A stretch of DNA of 64,000 nt from Promethearchaeota archaeon. GTDB lineage: Archaea > Asgardarchaeota > Lokiarchaeia > Sigyniarchaeales > SOKP01. The position numbers and the translations under genes were made by a program. Below, piece after piece: positions 30,959 to 39,409 of the stretch (the stretch's first letter is position 1; every line of letters starts with the position of its first letter). The notes below the pieces were generated by a model. The model did no database searches and was not told the origin of the DNA. It saw nothing but the letters and a program-made list of their open reading frames with translations. The stretch is taken from contig JBHLON010000002.1 of the NCBI GenBank assembly GCA_048940445.1, positions 1 to 64,000 of the forward strand, read 5' to 3'.

Positions 30959-31038
30959 AATTAACTTAAAATCAACTGTGATATTATAAAAACTAACTTT
31001 TATAGAAATTAAAATTACATACTTTAAAACTTTATTAA

Positions 31039-31884
31039 ATGTTGATGAAAATGGAACAAACTGATGATAAATTAAATGAAAAAAAGCCGTTTTCTGAGAG
31101 ATTAAGACAATATGTAAAGAATCTTCTTGATTTTTCCCAATATGATAAAAAAACTATTGTATATATTGTTTTCTTTATTTGTTTGATTGGATTTTCGATA
31201 TTCTTACTTTGCTATGTTTACTTTATTGATAACACTCTTTTATATCGAATAGTGATTGATTGGTTCGTAAATCCAATTTATTATTTAGGTATATTTGGCA
31301 TTTTATTATTTATAATTATAATGGCCGTTCAAGGTTTATTAATTCCAATTCCATCTGAAATAATACTTCTAGCGACAGGTATAATATGGGGTTTAATTGG
31401 TGGTGGAATAATGGGTATAATTGGGTCAATGTCAGCAGCAATATTATGTTATTATATCAGTAAAAGAGGAGGCCGTCCATTAGCGAAAAAATTTGTAGGA
31501 GAAAAAGCGATAAATTTGGCTGATAATTTTATTCATAAATATGGCATGGGAGCAATTATAATCGCAAGGTTTTTACCTGTTATACCCTTCGATGCTATTA
31601 GTTATGTTGCTGGATTTGTAGATACTGATTTTAAAAAATATACAATTGGAACCTTTTTAGGTTCAATTGCACGAGCTTTTTTTTTCTCTTGGTTAGGCTC
31701 AACTTTAGGTATTACACCTCCAGTGGATTTAGCAAGCTTACCTTTGGCTACAATTGAGGCCCAGGCTGCGTTTTTTAATAATATTTTGTTGATTATTTTG
31801 GGATTATTCGTTGTCATGTTTGCAATATATTACTTTATAAGTTGGTACTACGGGAAAAAAACAAATACGGAAAAAACTTCCTAA
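31039..31884 (+). CDS. DedA/VTT (TVP38/TMEM64) family membrane protein
   Basis: PIPSEII, YYISKRGGR, ARFLPVIPFDAISYVAG. Confidence 0.9.
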   Translation: MLMKMEQTDDKLNEKKPFSERLRQYVKNLLDFSQYDKKTIVYIVFFICLIGFSIFLLCYVYFIDNTLLYRIVIDWFVNPIYYLGIFGILLFIIIMAVQGLLIPIPSEIILLATGIIWGLIGGGIMGIIGSMSAAILCYYISKRGGRPLAKKFVGEKAINLADNFIHKYGMGAIIIARFLPVIPFDAISYVAGFVDTDFKKYTIGTFLGSIARAFFFSWLGSTLGITPPVDLASLPLATIEAQAAFFNNILLIILGLFVVMFAIYYFISWYYGKKTNTEKTS

Positions 31885-31997
31885 AATTTTTCTTTAGACT
31901 TAATTTCAATAATTAAAATCCTACTTTTTTCTATTATCAAAACGATATTATTGTGATATCATTTCCTTTTTTTACCTTTTTAATTTGAATTAGCCAT

Positions 31998-32171
31998 ATG
32001 GAAAACGTAAAGGAATTACAAAATAAAGAAGAAATTTTTGAACATAGCGAATCTTATGTGATTAAATTATATAATGATTTGACAAAGGCAATAAGTTCTA
32101 ATGATTACAAGTCTATTTGGGAACTTTCTAAGGCAATTACAAGGTATCATTTTAAACAATCAAATGAATAA
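31998..32171 (+). CDS. 57-aa hypothetical protein (not in ORF track)
   Basis: ATG 31998 to TAA 32169-32171; MENVKELQNKEEIFEHSESYVIKLYNDLTKAISSNDYKSIWELSKAITRYHFKQSNE; fills the intergenic gap in the same orientation as its neighbours. Confidence 0.5.
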   Translation: MENVKELQNKEEIFEHSESYVIKLYNDLTKAISSNDYKSIWELSKAITRYHFKQSNE

Positions 32172-32285
32172 TATAATAATCGTATATATTTTTATTTAGA
32201 TTTTCAAAATACGAAATTATTTATAGCCACACCCTTCTAGAATATTAAAATATAATCACTCTTAGTAATAATTTTCCAAGGGGTT

Positions 32286-32543
32286 TTGTATTTGTACTAT
32301 TGCGGGGATTATGATGATCTTTTGGAAGATTCTCTTATTGAGGAATTAAAATGGCTACAAGAAGAATTTGCATTATTATTTAAATTCAGGAAACAAGATA
32401 CTTCTGAAAAGGATAAGAGACTCGCAAATCAAATGATTGAAATTATTGTTAATAGAGTAAAATATTCAGATAATAAAAGAATCAATGAGATACTAATTGA
32501 AGGAATAGAGAAAATAGAATATAAATTTCCGGGACTTTTTTAG
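32286..32543 (+). CDS. small helical hypothetical protein
   Basis: 85-aa ORF, TTG start, amphipathic helices. Confidence 0.6.
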   Translation: MYLYYCGDYDDLLEDSLIEELKWLQEEFALLFKFRKQDTSEKDKRLANQMIEIIVNRVKYSDNKRINEILIEGIEKIEYKFPGLF

Positions 32544-32645
32544 ATAATTTACTTCTTTTTTTCCAATAGCCTTAATTATATCGTCTACTTCTTAATTTAT
32601 ATAAAAGTCACTTTAAATTATTCATTAAGGTTAAGCACTCTCATT

Positions 32646-33719
32646 ATGGAAAGACTTATCATTGTGCATTGGAATAAAAGTACAGGTCCTGAACCATTAA
32701 TTCAATATCCTCCAGAGAAAGAATTTCCTACAAAAGATTTATTTCTTAAAATTTGGGCTCAACATGAATTAGATAAAGAAAATTCTCTTATAGATCTCGA
32801 AGATCAAAATAAGTTTTTTATTTCGACGATTCAAGAATTTGAGAGCGAATTATACTTTCTCGTTATTGTATTAAATAATAAAAAGAAAAAGGAAGAAGTA
32901 ATATCTCCTGATATATTAGCTATCATTGGCAAGAATTTAATTGAATTGATGAATACAAATAAAATTACGCGAGCTATTTCTGAAGCATTTAACACAATTA
33001 AGAATTATAATAAATTAGAAAGTGAAGATTTGATCAACTTCTTTCAAGATAAAATTAAATTTACTATTTTACAAATTTTAAGAAATGGTGTAGTTTCTAA
33101 AATAGAATTGACAAATGCATTAAGATTTGATTATGGATTTTCTACTGCTAATATTGATTTACTTTTGATATCATTCTTAAGGGAAAATCTAATTATTAAA
33201 AAAAATGTTCCTGGTAGTAAAGAATGTTACTTTTTAATTAAAGACATTACTAGTGCAAGAGTTCCTCCAAAAAGAATTCCCCATGAAGATGGTATTGATG
33301 AAAAAGTTCTCAAAAAATATAAAAAAGAATTCGCAAAATTTTATTCACATTATAATTGCTCCCAAGAATTAGAAAATAGAACAATTCTTAACTTTTTAGT
33401 TGAAAAAGATGTGTATCTTTTAATGAAAAATTTAAGAAATACAAATCTCTCCGTAAATGAATGTTTAAGTTTATTAAATAATCGGCAAGACTTATTTGAT
33501 GAGTTAATCGAAAAAAGAATAATATTCGAGGCAAAAGGGATAGTATATTTATTTTCTGATATTCGATTCATAAAATTTTCTCCATTTTATATCATAAAAA
33601 CCTTAATTAATAGGTATCACAATCAAGAAATCTCTCTGAATCAATACTTGGCTCATATTGAATTATTATTAAATGAAATACATGAAAAAACAGATATTTT
33701 TGATTATATAGTCATCTAA
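32646..33719 (+). CDS. longin/uDENN-like domain protein with C-terminal winged-helix-like domains (NPRL2/NPRL3-like architecture)
   Basis: N-terminal LIIVHWNKSTGPEPLIQYP matches the longin hairpin GP...P pattern; two wH-like segments follow. Confidence 0.65.
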   Translation: MERLIIVHWNKSTGPEPLIQYPPEKEFPTKDLFLKIWAQHELDKENSLIDLEDQNKFFISTIQEFESELYFLVIVLNNKKKKEEVISPDILAIIGKNLIELMNTNKITRAISEAFNTIKNYNKLESEDLINFFQDKIKFTILQILRNGVVSKIELTNALRFDYGFSTANIDLLLISFLRENLIIKKNVPGSKECYFLIKDITSARVPPKRIPHEDGIDEKVLKKYKKEFAKFYSHYNCSQELENRTILNFLVEKDVYLLMKNLRNTNLSVNECLSLLNNRQDLFDELIEKRIIFEAKGIVYLFSDIRFIKFSPFYIIKTLINRYHNQEISLNQYLAHIELLLNEIHEKTDIFDYIVI

Positions 33720-33826
33720 GTTTCGCTCTAAGTTTTATTGAAAAGTGAATAATGGAAAAATCCAAAAGAAATATATACATTTTGATTTAATAACTAATTA
33801 TTTAAAATCAAAAAAAAAGTGATATT

Positions 33827-34585
33827 ATGGTTCTTCAACTTGTTGACTATTTACAAGGACTTTTTAGCTTGATTTTTGTAATTATTTCGCTAGTTATAGG
33901 TTTTACAATACTCTCAAAATATTCTAAATATAAATCACGATTATATGTCCTAGTAGGAATCTCTTGGATTGGTGTCGCCAATCCTTGGTTTCCGGATTCT
34001 ATTAGTTTCTTAATGAATTTATTTTGGCATGAATCTTTGAATATAAGCTGGTATTTTATTATTGGTAATTGTTTCATTCCCATCGCTCTTTTAGCCTGGT
34101 TAACAGCATTTACAGATATGATTGGTAAAAAAAGACAGAAACTAGTTCTTTCATTAACTATTATTTTGAGTCTTGCGTTTGAAGGTATGTTTTTTTACCT
34201 CTTTTTTACCGATATCGATGCTATTGGAGTCATTAATCCCCTAAGACCGTTTACAGTGGATTTTGGTTTCTTTATCTTAATCTATTTAATTATCGTCATT
34301 ATTGTTATGGTTTTAACTGGAGTAATTTTTGCTCAAAAATCAGTAAAATCTGATAATAAGGAAATAAGAGTAAAGGGAAAATTATTAAGAGCCGCATTTA
34401 TTACATTTACGGTAGCCGCTATTTTTGATTCATTGTTAGGTGCCATTTTTGAGGATCCTACTGATCCAATCTTAGCAATAATGGTCGTGGTTATAAGAGT
34501 ATTATTAATATTTAGCGCTATAGAGTTCTATGGAGGATTTTTACTTCCCAGATGGATGCATTCAATCTTTATAAGAGAAAAGTAA
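33827..34585 (+). CDS. stand-alone 7-TM membrane protein (putative receptor)
   Basis: Seven hydrophobic helices, basic loop between TM5 and TM6 (KSVKSDNKEIRVKGK), no fused output domain. Confidence 0.7.
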   Translation: MVLQLVDYLQGLFSLIFVIISLVIGFTILSKYSKYKSRLYVLVGISWIGVANPWFPDSISFLMNLFWHESLNISWYFIIGNCFIPIALLAWLTAFTDMIGKKRQKLVLSLTIILSLAFEGMFFYLFFTDIDAIGVINPLRPFTVDFGFFILIYLIIVIIVMVLTGVIFAQKSVKSDNKEIRVKGKLLRAAFITFTVAAIFDSLLGAIFEDPTDPILAIMVVVIRVLLIFSAIEFYGGFLLPRWMHSIFIREK

Positions 34586-34612
34586 TCTATCTTAAAATTT
34601 TAATCTTTTTAT

Positions 34613-35320
34613 TTATATATTCAAATCATCAGGAAAATCATCAGGAAAATCCTCATCTATGGAAAAGCCTGGTGCTTTTCCATCTCCATAAATTTGATAT
34701 AAAGCAGTTCTTCTAGCACATTCATGGAAGCTGCGATATATTTCCTTTTGTTGGTCATATAAAGCACAAGTCTCATAAATTATGGGATTCCATCGATTTA
34801 GACGATTTTCGAGGCTGTACCATAACTTTTCGTTTTTCAAAATTTGGATAAATACGTCTTTATCAATAACTTCTTCAAGATCTTGTTTATTTAGCATGAC
34901 AATAAATGGAATTTCCTTTATTAATTTATCATCAACGATACTCTTTAATTCTCTTAATGACTCAATATTGTCTTCAAGATATTTTGTTTGCGAGTCAGCG
35001 ACAAAAATGACAGCATCCGTCTTATCTTCAGGTTTATTAAATAACTTGATTCTTAATGGAGAAAAACTAGTTTGTCCAGCAACAGTAAAAACTCTATAGT
35101 AGACTTTTTTCTGTTTTGTAGATTGGAATAAACCTCTATCGAAGTATAAAGTTGCTCCACTTTCTCTGGCAATTATTTGCAAATTTCCAATTGGAACAAT
35201 ATCTTTTTTGGTCGTTTTTGTTAATTTATAAAGTGTCTGAAGTATTGTGGTTTTACCTGAACCAGCCATACCCCAATAAACAACTTTTAGACATACTTTC
35301 CCGTCTTTATATAGAACCAT
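34613..35320 (-). CDS. MglA-like small GTPase
   Basis: KVVYWGMAGSGKTT, TLYFD, TVAGQ, FVADSQ, NKQDL, ETCA. Confidence 0.88.
   Translation of the reverse strand: MVLYKDGKVCLKVVYWGMAGSGKTTILQTLYKLTKTTKKDIVPIGNLQIIARESGATLYFDRGLFQSTKQKKVYYRVFTVAGQTSFSPLRIKLFNKPEDKTDAVIFVADSQTKYLEDNIESLRELKSIVDDKLIKEIPFIVMLNKQDLEEVIDKDVFIQILKNEKLWYSLENRLNRWNPIIYETCALYDQQKEIYRSFHECARRTALYQIYGDGKAPGFSIDEDFPDDFPDDLNI
34623..34651. repeat. 12-bp tandem repeat (AAATCATCAGGA x2 plus partial) encoding acidic DFPDDFPDD tail
   Basis: Direct inspection. Confidence 0.8.
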
Positions 35321-35593
35321 GATATAGTATCCTTGTTGATATCGCCTAAGTTTTGGATATATAATAAGTATTTTAAATAATGATGTTTGTAAAAAAAATT
35401 TCTTAAATAATAAATATTTTCCTTTTTATTTAGAATTCATGCCATTTAAATAAATAACATAAAATATTAGCTTTTGAAATTAAATAATATTAGTGTACTT
35501 CATTACAATACTTAATCCAATAATTTTTTTAATATGAACTATGATTAATCTATAGCAATCGAAAAACAATTTTAAAACATATTTATTTTTATC

Positions 35594-36106
35594 ATGGATG
35601 AATATTCAGACTCAGAATGGAACTGGGAGTTCTATAAAGAACTTACTAAAGATGTAGATGAAAATAAGAATTTAGTACAGTGCATTAACTGTGGAAAATG
35701 TGTAGGAGATTGCCCTGCTGCTAAAGTTTCTAATTTTAATATTAGAAAGATCATTCAAAAGGTTCTTCAAGGGGATAAGAGTGTTCTTAAAGACTCTGAT
35801 ATCTGGTACTGTTATTTATGTGAAAGATGTAAGAGAGTGTGTCCGAGAGAAGGAATTAACATACCTATGTTAATTATAAATCTAAGAAATGAATCTTTCA
35901 GAAAGGGTTTTGGACCTAAATATAACGACCTTAGAAAATATGTAGAGATGGCTGAGAGATTCCTCACAAGCGGGGTTGTGCTAGAAGAGCCATTAGGAGA
36001 AAAATTATCGAAAGAAAGAATTAAAGAATTAAATGAAATATGTAATTTTGCTCGCATAAAGTACGTGTTTAAAGCAAGCAAAAACAAAGGAAAAAAGAAA
36101 AAGTAA
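35594..36106 (+). CDS. hdrC: heterodisulfide reductase subunit C-like 2x[4Fe-4S] protein
   Basis: CINCGKCVGDCP and WYCYLCERCKRVCP; directly upstream of hdrB. Confidence 0.85.
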   Translation: MDEYSDSEWNWEFYKELTKDVDENKNLVQCINCGKCVGDCPAAKVSNFNIRKIIQKVLQGDKSVLKDSDIWYCYLCERCKRVCPREGINIPMLIINLRNESFRKGFGPKYNDLRKYVEMAERFLTSGVVLEEPLGEKLSKERIKELNEICNFARIKYVFKASKNKGKKKK

Positions 36107-36131
36107 AATTAACTCAAATATCCAAACCATT

Positions 36132-37145
36132 ATGGAAATATATAATCTAGCACTTGATATTGAACATATTGAAAAAAGTTTTCCAGAGAACCCCCTTGAT
36201 TTCTTTAGAGACAAGAAATTGTGTTTATTTAAAGCATGTTTAGAGAAATATTTCCCTGGAGTAAGATGGGGTATTCAAGATCTACTTGAATCATTTCATT
36301 TAGAGATATCAACCTGTAAAAACCAATCTTGCTGTTCTGGAACGTTTTTTCAAAGAAATCTCATAACTCGTGCCCAATTTGCTGCAATAAATGAGCGAAA
36401 TTTAAATGAAATTAATCAACAAGCAGACATATTATTATTCTCCTGTAATGGGTGTTACAATTCCCTCTTGAGAGGGAGAGAATTTTTAAAGACGCCTCAA
36501 ATTAAGAAAAAGACGCAAGAAATTTTAGATCAATTAAAAAAAAGTTCAAAAGGGAATAATTACCCAGGCAAGTACGATATTCTAGAAAATCCAAAAGTAC
36601 GATTTATTCATGACTTAGATTTTCTGTATCTTATCAGAAATGAAGTAATTAATTCCTTAAAGTTTGATTTACGGGACCTTAATGTTGCTATTCATTATGG
36701 GTGTCATTACTTAAACTTATCCCGCGATAAAAGAACGATAGATCCCTATTTAAAAGACAAAACTAAGATGGAAGAACTAATTCATCTTTTTGGAGGCCAT
36801 CCCGTTGATTATCAAGAAAGAGAATCATGTTGTGGCTGGGGAGCCTCACAACTTATAATAAATCCACGAGAAGCGTTAAAGATTACTGCAAACAAATTGA
36901 GAAGTGCGCAAGATGTTGGAGCCGACTTTATTGTTATGCCATGCCCCACTTGTTTATATACTCTAAGTAAACCAGAATATAGAGAAAAGATGAAAAAATG
37001 GTTCAATGAAGAATTAGATATTCCCACTATTCATCTTAATGAATTAATTGCGATCTTACGAGGTTGTGAAGAAGAACGTTGTATTACCTTACGTAGAAAA
37101 ACTCCTCGTTTAGAAGAAATCTTTGATATCATAACACAACAATAA
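36132..37145 (+). CDS. hdrB: heterodisulfide reductase subunit B-like (two CCG domains)
   Basis: SCCSG, CNGC, HYGCH, CCGWG, CPTC. Confidence 0.87.
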   Translation: MEIYNLALDIEHIEKSFPENPLDFFRDKKLCLFKACLEKYFPGVRWGIQDLLESFHLEISTCKNQSCCSGTFFQRNLITRAQFAAINERNLNEINQQADILLFSCNGCYNSLLRGREFLKTPQIKKKTQEILDQLKKSSKGNNYPGKYDILENPKVRFIHDLDFLYLIRNEVINSLKFDLRDLNVAIHYGCHYLNLSRDKRTIDPYLKDKTKMEELIHLFGGHPVDYQERESCCGWGASQLIINPREALKITANKLRSAQDVGADFIVMPCPTCLYTLSKPEYREKMKKWFNEELDIPTIHLNELIAILRGCEEERCITLRRKTPRLEEIFDIITQQ

Positions 37146-37268
37146 GTATGACATTTGGTTAGAGGAATATATGCGTGTTAATTATATTTAATCTCTAAAA
37201 AATTGTTTATAGTTAGATTTTAATTTCTTTGATTTTTGCATTATTTAAACAGTTTTTCAATATATTTT

Positions 37269-38174
37269 ATGGAAAAAAATAAAGAAAAATCAATACAAGA
37301 TTGGCGGAAACCATTCGCAATTGTTTTACTAATACTTACTACAGTATTATGGGGCACTACTTTTATAATTACAAAGATGCTAACCCAATCTATACCAATT
37401 TTCTTCTATTTAGGGTTGAGATATCTAATTGGATTATTAGGATTTATTCCATTATTTTTCCACTTTAAATACCTCAATAAGAAAATATTAAGCACAGGAA
37501 TTTTAACAGGTATTATTTATTATTTATCAATGATCTTTCAAACGTACGGTCTTCAGACAACCACAGCCGGAAAAGCCGGCTTCATAACAGGGCTTAGTAC
37601 TATAATGGTGCCTTTTATTACCTGGATATTTTATAAGAATAGAGTGCAATCAAGGATTTGGGTAGCAGTTCTTCTTTCTGTTATAGGTATGGCATTGTTA
37701 CTTCTAGAAGGGGAAATAAGAATTATCATTGGTGACATATTAGTTTTAGGGTGTGCAGTTTTTGTAGCAATTTTCATCGTATTAAACGATAAAAACGTCC
37801 AAATTGTTGATGTTTATCTTTATACCATCGTACAATTAATAACTTTAACGATATCATGCTTTTTGTCTTCATTACTACTTGGTGAATCATACAATCTTTT
37901 TACGACTCAATTAAATTTCTGGCTTATCATGCTTTATATGGGATTTGGAACAACAAGTTTAACATTTATTTTCCAGAATTGGGGTCAAAAGTATCAAGGA
38001 CCTTCGCAAACGGCCATTATTTTTACTTTAGAGCCCGTATTTGCTGCATTATTCGGGTTTTTACTTGGAAATGAGATATTAACTACATTTAATTGGATTG
38101 GTATGAGTCTGATTTTTATAGCTATTTTTATAACTGTTATAAAAAGCAATAGTAGGAAAAATCGTACCGATTGA
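37269..38174 (+). CDS. DMT/EamA family transporter
   Basis: LWGTTF, TTAGKAGFITG, IIFTLEPVFA; 10 TM; ATG 37269 preferred. Confidence 0.9.
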   Translation: MEKNKEKSIQDWRKPFAIVLLILTTVLWGTTFIITKMLTQSIPIFFYLGLRYLIGLLGFIPLFFHFKYLNKKILSTGILTGIIYYLSMIFQTYGLQTTTAGKAGFITGLSTIMVPFITWIFYKNRVQSRIWVAVLLSVIGMALLLLEGEIRIIIGDILVLGCAVFVAIFIVLNDKNVQIVDVYLYTIVQLITLTISCFLSSLLLGESYNLFTTQLNFWLIMLYMGFGTTSLTFIFQNWGQKYQGPSQTAIIFTLEPVFAALFGFLLGNEILTTFNWIGMSLIFIAIFITVIKSNSRKNRTD

Positions 38175-38326
38175 ATCTAATTCAATATATAAAAATAAAC
38201 GATTAACTAAATCTTTAAACGAAATATTTCTTGAGCAATTTATAGGAAGAACTGGTAAGTACGTTTTACTAATATAATTTATTTTTCATAACGTAAATTT
38301 ATTAATGTTTAACCTATGTAATAAAC

Positions 38327-38392
38327 ATTGCATAAGTGTTAATATCTTCCAACACTTTTGTGTGTAAGAATATATTAAGATTATATGTCAAT
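38327..38392 (+). promoter_or_regulatory. long 5' leader hairpin upstream of zinc-ribbon gene
   Basis: ATTG/CAAT, CATA/TATG, TTAATAT/ATATTAA, ACAC-TTTT-GTGT; begins about 25 nt after a TATA-like TTTATTAA (38298-38305). Confidence 0.5.
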
Positions 38393-38429
38393 TTCAATCA
38401 AATCTTCATTTTACAGATACCTAATAGCA

Positions 38430-38585
38430 ATGCAAAAAGTTAAGGGAAAAGGTTTGAATATCTGCAGTAAATGTGGTAACGTAATGGTCACAAGAGTCGT
38501 TAAAAGAGGCGTAAATCCTAAAAGAAAAGAATTAGAGAAGATACTTCAATGTATTGTGTGCAAACATTGGGAAGATATTGATTAA
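38430..38585 (+). CDS. small zinc-ribbon protein
   Basis: CSKCG...CIVC; ATG 38430 preferred (ATG 38385 lies inside the leader hairpin). Confidence 0.7.
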   Translation: MQKVKGKGLNICSKCGNVMVTRVVKRGVNPKRKELEKILQCIVCKHWEDID

Positions 38586-38621
38586 ACTTCACGTAACTTT
38601 ATAAAAATTAGATCTAATTAG

Positions 38622-38805
38622 ACTTTCTTATCCTGAATATGATTTATTATTGAAGAAAGCATAACTGAATCATTATAAAAAAAGAAAGTAGATGGGAACG
38701 ATCGTTTGAGCAAAAAACAAAATCAGGGAGAGAATTAAACTCAAGGAGTTTAATAGAGGGCGAAATCCAATGTTAGCTCAAATTATCGTATTAAATTCCC
38801 ATCCC
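38622..38805. ncRNA. candidate structured non-coding RNA (two adjacent extended stem-loops)
   Basis: ACTTTCTT/AAGAAAGT (38622-29/38682-89); GATGGGAA/TTCCCATC (38691-98/38796-803); TTTGAGC/GCTCAAA; ATTAAACTC-AAG-GAGTTTAAT; no ORF; TATA-like boxes on both sides. Confidence 0.55.
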
Positions 38806-39285
38806 AATGAGTAATATAATTTTATCTATAAAAATTCATGTATTATAAATTATAGTAAACTTAATATTTTGAAAACAACCTAAAAATTATTTCTAATCCA
38901 CTACTAAAAGAAAATAAATATTTTTATTTAATCTTTTTTTAATGATTTTACACACAAAAATCTATTTAAATTATTTATAAATCATAACGTAAAACTTAAA
39001 CTAAAGAAATCTTCTTAACATTTTTTGTTTATATTTATAAATATCTAAGTTTAAATTTGGGATCAATTTAATTTTAATTTACAATCAAATCCCGATTTTT
39101 TTACCCCATTTTTAGACTGCTATTTAACTTTATATTGAGATCATGTACACATAATAATCCTAACTTTAGCACAATAAAAAATATTTAACGCCTCAACTTA
39201 TATTTCATACTATTACTCATATCTTTTTATTCACGGGAAAAAAGTAAGTTTTATATATTGAGTTAATCTTAATTTTTAATTACTA

Positions 39286-39356
39286 AAGAAGACTAAATGA
39301 TCAACATTTTAATTGTGATCAATACTTGACTTCTTGAGGAGATGTGATTTAGCATC
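39286..39356 (+). promoter_or_regulatory. 5' leader hairpins of first metalloprotease gene
   Basis: AAGAAG/CTTCTT and TGATCA/TGATCA stem, then GATGT/GCATC; TATA TTTTATATA at 39249-39257. Confidence 0.45.
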
Positions 39357-39409
39357 GAAAAAACATCAATATAAAATCTAATCAAAATTAAAAAATTTGG
39401 AAATGGAAA

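Noticed and set aside
33827-34585. Rhodopsin
   Set aside because: No retinal-binding Lys in the last helix
38639-38673. SECIS element (AUGA...AA...GA resemblance)
   Set aside because: Helix geometry fits poorly and the upstream gene has no in-frame TGA
38725-38770. Glycine riboswitch (GGAGAGA followed by a stem)
   Set aside because: Lacks the CCGAAG and CUCAGG conserved elements
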